64,000 bases of DNA, taken from an uncultured Clostridia bacterium (GTDB lineage: Bacteria; Bacillota; Clostridia; Lachnospirales; Lachnospiraceae). This document shows, piece by piece, positions 45,128-52,824 of the stretch; position 1 is the first letter of the stretch, and each line of letters starts with the position of its first letter. Under the pieces are notes generated by a model that saw nothing but the letters and a program-made list of their open reading frames with translations, made no database searches and was not told where the DNA came from. Both the position numbers and the translations under genes were made by a program. Where the stretch lies: the NCBI GenBank assembly GCA_946184675.1, contig CAMHFW010000001.1, forward strand, positions 14,822-78,821, read 5' to 3'.

Positions 45128-46255
45128 ATGAACAAGAAATTAGGTTTTGGCTGTATGCGTCTGCCTCTCACGAATCCGGAAGACCAAAAAAGCATTGACC
45201 TGCCCCAGTTCGGGCAGATGGTTGATACCTTTCTGGAAAGAGGTTTCACCTATTTTGACACAGCATACATGTACCATGACTACCAGAGCGAGATTGCGGT
45301 CCGCGAAGCCCTAGTTAAGCGCCATCCCAGAGAATCCTTCACCCTGACCTCCAAGCTTCCGACTATGATGCTGAAGGAAAAAGCCGACATGGAGCGTATT
45401 TTCAACGAGCAGCTGGAGAAAACAGGCGCCGGCTATTTTGACTATTACTGGCTGCACAACCTGAACCGGGGTGATATCGGGATTGCCGATGAACTGGATG
45501 CCTGGTCCTTTATTCAGGAGAAGAAGGAGCAGGGACTGATCAGGCATATCGGCTTTTCTTTCCATGACATGCCCGGCATGCTCGATGATATCCTGACAAA
45601 GCATCCGGAAATGGAATTCGTACAGATCCAGCTCAACTATCTGGACTGGGAAGTCCCTAACGTAAAATCCCGCGAATGCTATGAGGTCTGCGTAAAGCAT
45701 GGCAAGCCCGTCATCGTCATGGAGCCTGTCAAGGGCGGCGCCCTGGCCAATGTGCCTGCTGGTGTAACCGAGCTGTTCAAAGGCATCCATCCGGACATGT
45801 CCGTTCCCAGCTGGGCCATCCGCTACGCGGCCAGTCTGCCGAACGTTTTCATGGTGCTTTCCGGTATGAGCAATATGGACCAGCTTCTGGACAATACTTC
45901 CTACATGCAGGACTTCAAGCCTCTGAATGAGGCAGAGTATCAGGCGATCGACAAGGCGGTTGAGCTCATTCACGCAGCCATCACCATCGACTGCACAGCC
46001 TGCCGCTACTGCACAGAAGGCTGCCCGGTACAGATCCCGATTCCGGACTATTTCAAGCTTTACAATGAATTCCGCCAGATCGGCGGCGGCTTCTCCGCGC
46101 CTCAGCTGCGCGAGTACCGCAAGCTTTCCGGGGAAGAAGGCGTCGGCAAAGCCTCTGAGTGCGTCCAGTGCGGACAGTGCGAGGCAGCCTGTCCCCAGCA
46201 CCTGGAGATCCGCGACTGGCTGGCGAAGATCGCCAAATCCATGGAAACAGCCTGA
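45128..46255 (+). CDS. Aldo/keto reductase fused to a C-terminal 4Fe-4S ferredoxin-type domain
   Basis: The N-terminal region GFGCMRLP...FDTAYMYHDYQSEIAVREAL is AKR-like. The C-terminal region carries CTACRYCTEGCP and CVQCGQCEAACP. Confidence 0.85.
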   Translation: MNKKLGFGCMRLPLTNPEDQKSIDLPQFGQMVDTFLERGFTYFDTAYMYHDYQSEIAVREALVKRHPRESFTLTSKLPTMMLKEKADMERIFNEQLEKTGAGYFDYYWLHNLNRGDIGIADELDAWSFIQEKKEQGLIRHIGFSFHDMPGMLDDILTKHPEMEFVQIQLNYLDWEVPNVKSRECYEVCVKHGKPVIVMEPVKGGALANVPAGVTELFKGIHPDMSVPSWAIRYAASLPNVFMVLSGMSNMDQLLDNTSYMQDFKPLNEAEYQAIDKAVELIHAAITIDCTACRYCTEGCPVQIPIPDYFKLYNEFRQIGGGFSAPQLREYRKLSGEEGVGKASECVQCGQCEAACPQHLEIRDWLAKIAKSMETA

Positions 46256-46327
46256 AAAAGGGCCGGAAAAGAAAAGCGCTCAGACCTCGCGGTCCGGGCG
46301 CCTCTTTTTTTCTGTCTTTTTCAGTTT

Positions 46328-47113
46328 TTATTCCATTGCTTCCACCGCATCCAGCAGCGCCTGGCTCTCCTCCTCGGAACCCCCGGCTGCTGTCAGGACA
46401 GCCATGTAAGAACCTTCAAGCAGGAAAACCTGTTTCTCATACAAAGACTGCCCGTCTTTTTCTCCGGTAATCACACTGCAGGGAACCTCTTTGCCGAGGA
46501 AGCTGCAGCTGCCCTTCTCTACCGTAACATTCTGCATTCCGGCATTTTTCAGAGTCTCCGTCATCTGCGGAACTATATTGTCCAGGGTAGTATTTATCAC
46601 GGCATCTGCCGTACCAAGCATCCCGACAACCGGTTCCACTTCCTGAATATTGAGATTTATGTTCTTGCTAAAGTCCGCTGCATATGCATACAGATCCATA
46701 TAGGTGCTTCCGTTTTCCAGAGCATTTTTTACTGTATCGTCATTCACAGTGTCTGCAACAAAGTTGCTCAGCTGCAGTCTCTGATCCTCGGTTGCCAGCA
46801 AAAGTCCTGCTGCATCCGCATCGATCCGAATATGAAAGAAACTGTTCTCATAAACCTTCCCGTCGTCGGTTCCTACCGCAAAGGATGCATCTATCGCCGC
46901 AGTATCCTCTGATGCCGGTTCCGCTGCCGTTTCGGTCTCCAAAGCTGTTTCGGTCTCTGTGGTTGTTTCAGTCTCCGCAGTTGTTTCGGTCTCTGCCGCA
47001 GTCTCCGCACTCTTTTCCGTCTGTGCAGACTTATCTGCCCCTCCGCCTCCGCAAGCAGTCAGTACCATTGCAAAGGCCATGATGATTGCCAGTGACATAC
47101 TTTTCTTCTTCAT
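46328..47113 (-). CDS. Lipoprotein with a Thr/Glu-rich low-complexity linker
   Basis: MKKKSMSLAIIMAFAMVLTACGGGG lipobox, then TAETETTAETETTTETETALETETAAE. The ATG at 47113 follows AAGGAGG. Confidence 0.7.
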   Translation of the reverse strand: MKKKSMSLAIIMAFAMVLTACGGGGADKSAQTEKSAETAAETETTAETETTTETETALETETAAEPASEDTAAIDASFAVGTDDGKVYENSFFHIRIDADAAGLLLATEDQRLQLSNFVADTVNDDTVKNALENGSTYMDLYAYAADFSKNINLNIQEVEPVVGMLGTADAVINTTLDNIVPQMTETLKNAGMQNVTVEKGSCSFLGKEVPCSVITGEKDGQSLYEKQVFLLEGSYMAVLTAAGGSEEESQALLDAVEAME

Positions 47114-47323
47114 AATAAGCCTCCTTTTGCCGAACGAAGTACTTTTTATAACATTATAACAAGTATCGGTATGAAGAACAATCACTCAGAAAATATCTGT
47201 TCATATTATATCCGTAATATTTCCATTTTAGATTATATACTTCTTGATTCATTCCATTTCCTGACCTATAATGGAAATATATTAACATTTTCTTTTCTGT
47301 TTGCTGGAAAGGAGCCGCCTTTT

Positions 47324-48178
47324 ATGACGATTCAGGAAATGAAAGCCCGTAAAAAAGAACTGGGCTACTCTAATGTCTATCTGTCCAGGCTTTCCGGAGT
47401 TCCCCTCGGCACCGTACAAAAGATTTTCAGCGGCGCAACTTCTGCGCCTAGGCGCACCACCCTGCTCGCCCTGCAGCGTGTACTGGCGGAAGGAACGTCT
47501 TTTGTTTATCCCCCTGCCGGTTCACTTTCTCATCCCTCCATGGTCCGCGATCCGCATGCTGCGGAAGCCGGTGCTCTTCCGGAGCCTGCTCCTGACCGCT
47601 ATGACCGGCAGGGATCCTATACTCTGGATGATTATTATGCTCTTCCGGATGATCAGAGGGTGGAACTGATTGATGGGATCCTGTACGATATGACTTCACC
47701 AACCACCATCCACCAGCTCATCGGCGGTTATATCCATGCAAAGTTTCTGGCATATGTTTCTGAGAAGAAGGGGGCCTGCATCCCTTTCATCTCTCCCATT
47801 GATGTTCAGCTGGACCGGGATAACCGGACTATGGTCGAGCCGGATGTCGTGGTGGTCTGCAACAGGGATATGATTATCCGCCGCTGTATTTACGGAGCTC
47901 CGGACCTGGTGATCGAAGTGCTCTCCCCCTCGACCCGCAGGAAAGATATGATCATCAAGCTCAATAAATATTTAAATGCCGGTGTCCGCGAATATTGGCT
48001 GATTGACCCTGATCAGGAACAGATTACGGTTTTTGATTTTGCCCACGATGAATTCCCGATCCACTACACATTCGATGATACGGTTCCTGTCAGGATCTGG
48101 GACAGTCAGTGTCTGATTGATTTCAGGGACATTCGAGATTCCGTTGCCTTTATCTATGACAATGATAAGAAGATCTGA
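47324..48178 (+). CDS. HTH (XRE-like) domain fused to a Uma2/DUF820 PD-(D/E)xK nuclease-fold domain
   Basis: N-terminal LGYSNVYLSRLSGVPLGTVQKIFSG. The Uma2 core is ELIDGILYDM...EPDVVVV...PDLVIEVLSPSTRRKDMIIKLNKYLNAGVREYWLIDP. The ATG at 47324 follows GGAAAGGAG. Confidence 0.8.
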   Translation: MTIQEMKARKKELGYSNVYLSRLSGVPLGTVQKIFSGATSAPRRTTLLALQRVLAEGTSFVYPPAGSLSHPSMVRDPHAAEAGALPEPAPDRYDRQGSYTLDDYYALPDDQRVELIDGILYDMTSPTTIHQLIGGYIHAKFLAYVSEKKGACIPFISPIDVQLDRDNRTMVEPDVVVVCNRDMIIRRCIYGAPDLVIEVLSPSTRRKDMIIKLNKYLNAGVREYWLIDPDQEQITVFDFAHDEFPIHYTFDDTVPVRIWDSQCLIDFRDIRDSVAFIYDNDKKI

Positions 48179-48192
48179 TTCCGATCTCATAT

Positions 48193-48223
48193 AAAAAGGC
48201 TGCCCAATTGAGGCAGCCTTTTT
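48193..48223. terminator. Bidirectional terminator between the convergent Uma2 and TIR genes
   Basis: AAAAAGGCTGCC-CAATTGA-GGCAGCCTTTTT: stem at 48198..48204 with 48212..48218, and A/T runs on both sides. Confidence 0.8.
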
Positions 48224-48239
48224 CTGTTTCCGGAGCTTT

Positions 48240-49274
48240 CTATAACGAAAGCTCTTTTTTTACTCTGGCTATATTGATTCTCGCAATTTCTTCCGCTCCG
48301 CCCAGCATTTCTGCCTTTTCATAGTAATACAGTGCTTCAAAGAGATCTTTTTCCACTCCTTCTCCCAGCTCATACAGCTCTCCCAGGCCCAGGCAGCATA
48401 CCGCAGAGTCTTCCCCTTTTTTCAGCCAGGCATGCGCATTGGCAGGACTTTTTTTCACACCATACCCTGTTCGGAAACAATCAGCCAGGGCTTTCATGGC
48501 ATAAGGAATGCCCGCCTCTGCAGCATATTGAAACCAGTACACCGCTTTCTTCGGATCCTCCTTTGTTCCGGACCCGTTCTTATAAAGCCAGGCCAGATAA
48601 TAGCCGGCCATTATATGTCCGGCCTCCGCTGCCCGCAGATAGCAGAAAAAGGCTTCGTTTTCATCTCTCTCGTGGCCTTCACGGCCTGTCTGATAAAGGA
48701 CCCCTTCCCGGAAGAGTTCTGCAGGGCTCATCTCTCCCGGTCTGCTTTCCGCTGCCTTGCCTGTATCCGGTCTGCTTTCCATTGTCATATTACCTGCTGC
48801 AGTATGTTTCTCTGCAGGTTTTGGCTCTCCCGGTCCTGTCAGACTCATGTTCGGAACAGCTGCCGTTTCCGGCTTACTTGTCAGAAAACGGATCAGGTCG
48901 AGTATTTCCCGAAAGTCTTTGTTTTCTTCGCTCAGCTGATGAATAGGAACGATCTGTTTATTTCCAAGATAAAGCTCAAAATTGTCATTTAAAGTAAGCT
49001 CTCCCAGGGCAATCGGAACAATCGGTTTTCCGTAATTGATCGCCCGTTCCACTTCTCTGTCGACCCACTCCGAGTTCTGCGCATCGTCCGTCAGAACCAG
49101 TACCAGGCCTGCAGCCCCCTTTAAAGCCCGCGTGATTTCTCCCGCGTAAGTGCTCCCGGCAGGAATATTTCCCGGCGCCATCCAGGTCTGTATCCCCTTG
49201 TCCGTCAGCACCTTTCGTATCGTATTCGCACACTCAGAATTCTTCGTACTGTAACTGATAAAAACGTATCCCAT
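48240..49274 (-). CDS. TIR-domain protein fused to Sel1-like repeats
   Basis: N-terminal YVFISYSTKN...GLVLVLTDDAQNSEWVDREVERA (FISYS start and SxWxxxE motif with the putative catalytic Glu). The C-terminus has 3-4 Sel1 repeats (AEAGHIMAGYYLAWLYKNGSGTKEDPKKAVYWFQYAAEAG...). Confidence 0.8.
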   Translation of the reverse strand: MGYVFISYSTKNSECANTIRKVLTDKGIQTWMAPGNIPAGSTYAGEITRALKGAAGLVLVLTDDAQNSEWVDREVERAINYGKPIVPIALGELTLNDNFELYLGNKQIVPIHQLSEENKDFREILDLIRFLTSKPETAAVPNMSLTGPGEPKPAEKHTAAGNMTMESRPDTGKAAESRPGEMSPAELFREGVLYQTGREGHERDENEAFFCYLRAAEAGHIMAGYYLAWLYKNGSGTKEDPKKAVYWFQYAAEAGIPYAMKALADCFRTGYGVKKSPANAHAWLKKGEDSAVCCLGLGELYELGEGVEKDLFEALYYYEKAEMLGGAEEIARINIARVKKELSL

Positions 49275-49396
49275 ATGTTCCTCTCTCTGCTCTCAAAGCG
49301 CCTTCCGAACCTCTTTTACTGATTATATCATACCTGTGAATCCTCTGTGAAGATGATGAACCGCCCTTTTATTGTACGTTTTTTTGTACCCTTTCA

Positions 49397-49425
49397 TTGA
49401 CGAAAAAGGCGTTCCATGCTAAACT
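49397..49425 (+). promoter_or_regulatory. Candidate promoter for the metallophosphoesterase gene (TTGACG-17 nt-TAAACT)
   Basis: -35 at 49397..49402 and -10 at 49420..49425, about 60 nt upstream of the ATG at 49489. Confidence 0.45.
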
Positions 49426-49488
49426 ATGATTGCTCTATGAACACGAAGAGCGCTGCTATAAACTATTGTTAATCTGAGGGGATTTACT

Positions 49489-50235
49489 ATGAGCCTGTAT
49501 GCAATCGGAGATCTGCATCTGCATTTTCAGTCTGTCCTGAAGGCGCCCGGCCAGCTGCATGGAAAAGTCTGGAAAAAACATGAAGAGAAATTTATGAAAA
49601 ACTGTATGAAGACCCTGTCTGCGGAGGATACTCTGGTTCTTGTCGGTGATCACAGCTGGGGGAAAAATCTGTCCGAGTGCGAACAGGATCTGCAATATAT
49701 CTGTGATCTTCCGGGCCGTAAGATCCTGACCCGCGGCAACCACGATATGTTCTGGGACTCCAAAAAGACTTCTGCCTTGAACCAGCTCTACCAGCCCCGA
49801 CTCACATTTCTGCAGGATAGTTATGAAAGTTACCAGGAGTATGCCCTGGTCGGAACCAAAGGCTTTACTTTTGAGGGGCCTTTTTATCTGGACGGACGGG
49901 GACGGATCATGGGATGGGATGAAAAAGCCGAGGAACACGCAAAGAAGCTGGTGGACCGGGAACTGCAGCGGCTTCGCAAATCCTTTGAGCTTGCAAAGGC
50001 AGACGGCTATCAGAAGTTTATCATGTTCCTCCATTACCCGCCGACGAATATTCTCGAAGAGACAAGCCCTTTTACTGATATGGCGGAAGAATTCGGGGCG
50101 GAGCAGGTGATCTATGCTCACTGTCACGGAGAAAGCCGGTTTTATGACAGTATCCACGGAGAGTACCGGGGCAGAACCTACCGGCTTGTCTCCGGAGACT
50201 TCCTTCGCTGGAAACCACAGAAGATTCTGGACTAA
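49489..50235 (+). CDS. Metallophosphoesterase (calcineurin-like)
   Basis: MSLYAIGDLHL, VLVGDHSWG, TRGNHD and FLHYPP...AHCHG are motifs I-V of the family. Confidence 0.85.
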   Translation: MSLYAIGDLHLHFQSVLKAPGQLHGKVWKKHEEKFMKNCMKTLSAEDTLVLVGDHSWGKNLSECEQDLQYICDLPGRKILTRGNHDMFWDSKKTSALNQLYQPRLTFLQDSYESYQEYALVGTKGFTFEGPFYLDGRGRIMGWDEKAEEHAKKLVDRELQRLRKSFELAKADGYQKFIMFLHYPPTNILEETSPFTDMAEEFGAEQVIYAHCHGESRFYDSIHGEYRGRTYRLVSGDFLRWKPQKILD

Positions 50236-50625
50236 AAAGCTTCCCGCACCGCTTTCTCATCCTGTTCCCGCACCGCGGGGCGGTGCGTTTCCACAACTTG
50301 CTCTTTTCCCACCGCCTTTCAAGAAGCTTCCCGCACCGCAGAGCGGTGCGTTTCCACAACTTGCTCTTTTCCCACCGCTTTTCAGAAAACTTCCCGCACC
50401 GCAGAGCGGTGCAAATATATAACTTGCTTCCTTTCCACCGCCTCTCAGGCGGTGGGTTTTCCATAACTTGTTTTTTGCACCGCTTTCTCGTCCTGTTCCC
50501 ACACCGCGGAGCGGTGCGGTTCCACAACTTAGTCTTTCCCCACCGCTTTTCAGAAAGCTTCCCGCACCGCAGAGCGGTGCAAATATATAACTACCCCTTT
50601 TCTCACCGCTTTTCAAGCGGTTGAA
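50236..50625. repeat. Tandem array of ~62-63-bp hairpin-bearing repeats (7 hairpins), with a ~231-bp higher-order duplication
   Basis: Core GCACCGC-NNN-GCGGTGC occurs at 50270..50286, 50333..50349, 50396..50412, 50502..50516 and 50564..50580. Variants occur at 50435..50455 and 50605..50621. The inter-core sequence TTTCCACAACTTGCTCTTTTCCCACCGCTTTTCAGAA is also repeated. Confidence 0.85.
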
Positions 50626-50630
50626 AAGAA

Positions 50631-50805
50631 AGAGCCCCGCGGATGCAAGCAAGCTTGCTCCGTGGGGAAAGCACCTCGCCATGCATCAAGTCCCGAATTT
50701 CTTCAAAAATCGGGACTGTCCGGCTTTCGCCGTATACAAACAAAGAACCAGCCCCTCGGTTGCGTGCAAGCACGCCCCCGTGGGGCTGGTTCTTTGTTTG
50801 TGCAT
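50631..50805. repeat. Three further long palindromic hairpins; the last is the likely terminator of the mrp-like operon
   Basis: CCCCGCGGATGCAAGC-AA-GCTTGCTCCGTGGGG at 50635..50667; AGTCCCGA...TCGGGACT at 50689..50716; a roughly 19-bp stem ACAAACAAAGAACCAGCCCC...GGGGCTGGTTCTTTGTTTGT at about 50737..50803. The first and third share a CCCCnCGG...GCAAGC core. Confidence 0.7.
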
Positions 50806-50820
50806 GGCTCATTGCGAGCA

Positions 50821-52572
50821 TCACATGACTATGAGTAAGTATATTGCGATGACTGCGATGGAGCCGATGACCCAGATCATGCCGTCGCCGATCCGGGATC
50901 TGTATGCGTCTTCTTTGTATCTCATATGGCTCTGTCTGTCGTCGCTGAGCTCGTTTTTGGGGCTCATGTGCAGGAAGCTGTAGGGATCGTTGCTGGTTAC
51001 CTGCAGGAAGTGATATACTTTCCGGCCGATGCCGCCGCAGTAGTTCTGAAAGGCGAAGAGTGCCTTGGACAGGCCTGCGTAGCAGATGGCGAAGGGCTTG
51101 CGGTAGAACCAGTCCAGATCGATGGTGAGGGCCGTATGAGGCTCCATGTTGGGCAGATACATGAGGAATGCCAGGAAGGCTGCGGGAAGCAGCTGGGCAT
51201 ACTCGAGTACGTGCGAGATGGTATAGGGTGTATAGTCGGTGGCGAAGGGAAGCAGGCTGTAGACCTGTCCGGGCAGTACGCCGGCAAGGATACAGGCGAT
51301 GGCTCCTCCCACCATACCGATCTTCATCACTACGGGATAGGGTTTTACCTCGATATTTCTCTCCTCGCCGAAGAAGATGAAATAACCCATCTTGATGGGG
51401 ATGGAGAGGGCGGTACCGATACTACCCAGCATCATGAGTGTTGCCACCCATTCAAGGCCCGCTTCCTCGGCACATGCCATGGAAAGGGACTTACAGGTAA
51501 ATCCTGCGAATCCGGGTACGCCCGTGATGGAAAATGCTGCTATGAAAAATACGATACAGGTCAGCGGCATCTTCTTTGCCAGCCGTCCCAGCTGATTGAT
51601 CTTGCGGATGCCGGTCGCGTAGATGATGGCTCCGGCACACATGAAGAGCAGGGACTTGTAAAGTACATTACCGAATGCCAGGGCGTAGGCCGCATCCTGT
51701 GCAAATTCTGTACCGATACCGATATCAGCAATCATAAATCCCAGCTGGGAAATGATATGGTAGGACAGAAGTCTTCTCATATCATTCTCAATGATGGCCA
51801 GGCAGGCTCCGTAAAAGATCATGATCAGACCAAATACGATCAGCGGCTTCCAGCCTGCGAATGCATAGCAGACGCAGAGTACAGCAAGCTTTGTTGTAAA
51901 ACCGCTCATGAAAGCGCCGCCGCCCAGTGTGCTTTCCGGATAGGCATCCGGTGCCCAGGCGTGAAGGGGAACGATTGCCGCATTCACAGCCATTCCCAGG
52001 AAAATCAGCCAGAAGGCCAGATCATGCGGTCCTTCTGTCAGATTGGAAATCATATAACTTCCCTGTGTCACCTTGATGACGATACCGAACAGGAGCATAT
52101 TTCCGCCCAGCATATGAACCAGCAGATAGCGGAAACCGGCTGCTGTCGATTTCTTGGTACGATTGCCCCAGATCAGGAGGGTGGAGGTGATGGCCATGAA
52201 CTCCCAGAAGAAGATCAGGGTGAACCAGTCTCCTGCCATGATTACGCCTGCTGCGCCGCCGGCATATCCCATGGCGGCGAATGCTCCCAGCTTATCTCCC
52301 GCATAGGAAGAATAGAATCCGGCAAATACAGCCACCAGAGTGAATACCAGAAGGAACATGATATTTTTCTGGGCCACAAACATATAGTGGAAATCATAGC
52401 CAAACAGAGTCAGCACCCCATCTGTTCCCAGCGGCAGCACAAAAGCAAATGCAAAGGCCAAGATGGGGCAGATGATCATCATGGCCTGCCGTACGATCTT
52501 AGGCACAAATACTGCCACAAGTCCGCAGATGATCAGGAAAATACCAGGGTGGATCATTACATTACTCATCAA
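50821..52572 (-). CDS. NuoL/M/N-MrpD-family proton-conducting antiporter-like subunit (copy 3, 583 aa, with a C-terminal extension)
   Basis: About 14+ TM helices. FWEFMAITS, LHAWAPDAY and the SQLGFM motif are typical of Proton_antipo_M proteins. Confidence 0.85.
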   Translation of the reverse strand: MMSNVMIHPGIFLIICGLVAVFVPKIVRQAMMIICPILAFAFAFVLPLGTDGVLTLFGYDFHYMFVAQKNIMFLLVFTLVAVFAGFYSSYAGDKLGAFAAMGYAGGAAGVIMAGDWFTLIFFWEFMAITSTLLIWGNRTKKSTAAGFRYLLVHMLGGNMLLFGIVIKVTQGSYMISNLTEGPHDLAFWLIFLGMAVNAAIVPLHAWAPDAYPESTLGGGAFMSGFTTKLAVLCVCYAFAGWKPLIVFGLIMIFYGACLAIIENDMRRLLSYHIISQLGFMIADIGIGTEFAQDAAYALAFGNVLYKSLLFMCAGAIIYATGIRKINQLGRLAKKMPLTCIVFFIAAFSITGVPGFAGFTCKSLSMACAEEAGLEWVATLMMLGSIGTALSIPIKMGYFIFFGEERNIEVKPYPVVMKIGMVGGAIACILAGVLPGQVYSLLPFATDYTPYTISHVLEYAQLLPAAFLAFLMYLPNMEPHTALTIDLDWFYRKPFAICYAGLSKALFAFQNYCGGIGRKVYHFLQVTSNDPYSFLHMSPKNELSDDRQSHMRYKEDAYRSRIGDGMIWVIGSIAVIAIYLLIVM

Positions 52573-52823
52573 TGACCACCTCCGTTTCCTTTGGACTCGC
52601 AGGAGTCTTCCTCTGCTTCTCCGTAATAGTTCTCATCCTTCTGCAGAAGCGGTCCTAACAGTCTCTTGGAAAAGAGAATCAGAATCCAGGCTCCTACAAA
52701 ACCGAAGAGCACGTAATAGCCGGGTTTGTGATGAAATCCGCTGGTCGCGATGGTCAGGATCACTGCCAGAGCGAGGATAACGATAATGACGATATAAACT
52801 TTCTTTTTGGTCTCTTTGCTCAT
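52569..52823 (-). CDS. Small two-TM membrane protein of unknown function with an acidic tail
   Basis: MSKETKKKVYIVIIVILALAVILTIA...GFVGAWILILFSKRLL...YYGEAEEDSCESKGNGGGH. It is wedged between two MrpD-like genes and its stop overlaps the next start. Confidence 0.55.
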   Translation of the reverse strand: MSKETKKKVYIVIIVILALAVILTIATSGFHHKPGYYVLFGFVGAWILILFSKRLLGPLLQKDENYYGEAEEDSCESKGNGGGH

Positions 52824-52824
52824 A

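Noticed and set aside
50236-50625. Possible CRISPR array, because of regularly spaced palindromic repeats
   Set aside because: The sequences between the palindromes are themselves conserved from unit to unit, so there are no unique spacers. The palindromic core is only ~17 nt, and no cas genes are nearby.
50072-50682. ORF-track proteins of 102-151 aa on both strands across the repeat array, with internally repetitive peptides such as APLCGAGSFLKSGGKRASCG
   Set aside because: They are translation artefacts of the tandem DNA repeat: open in several frames at once, with no RBS or start context and a low-complexity composition.
50926-52575. 549-aa plus-strand ORF antisense to the MrpD-like gene (similar cases: 52969..53931, 54451..55092, 55745..57022)
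   Set aside because: These are shadow ORFs opposite hydrophobic membrane-protein genes. Their composition is Gly/His/Asp/Cys-rich and non-protein-like, and there is no start context.
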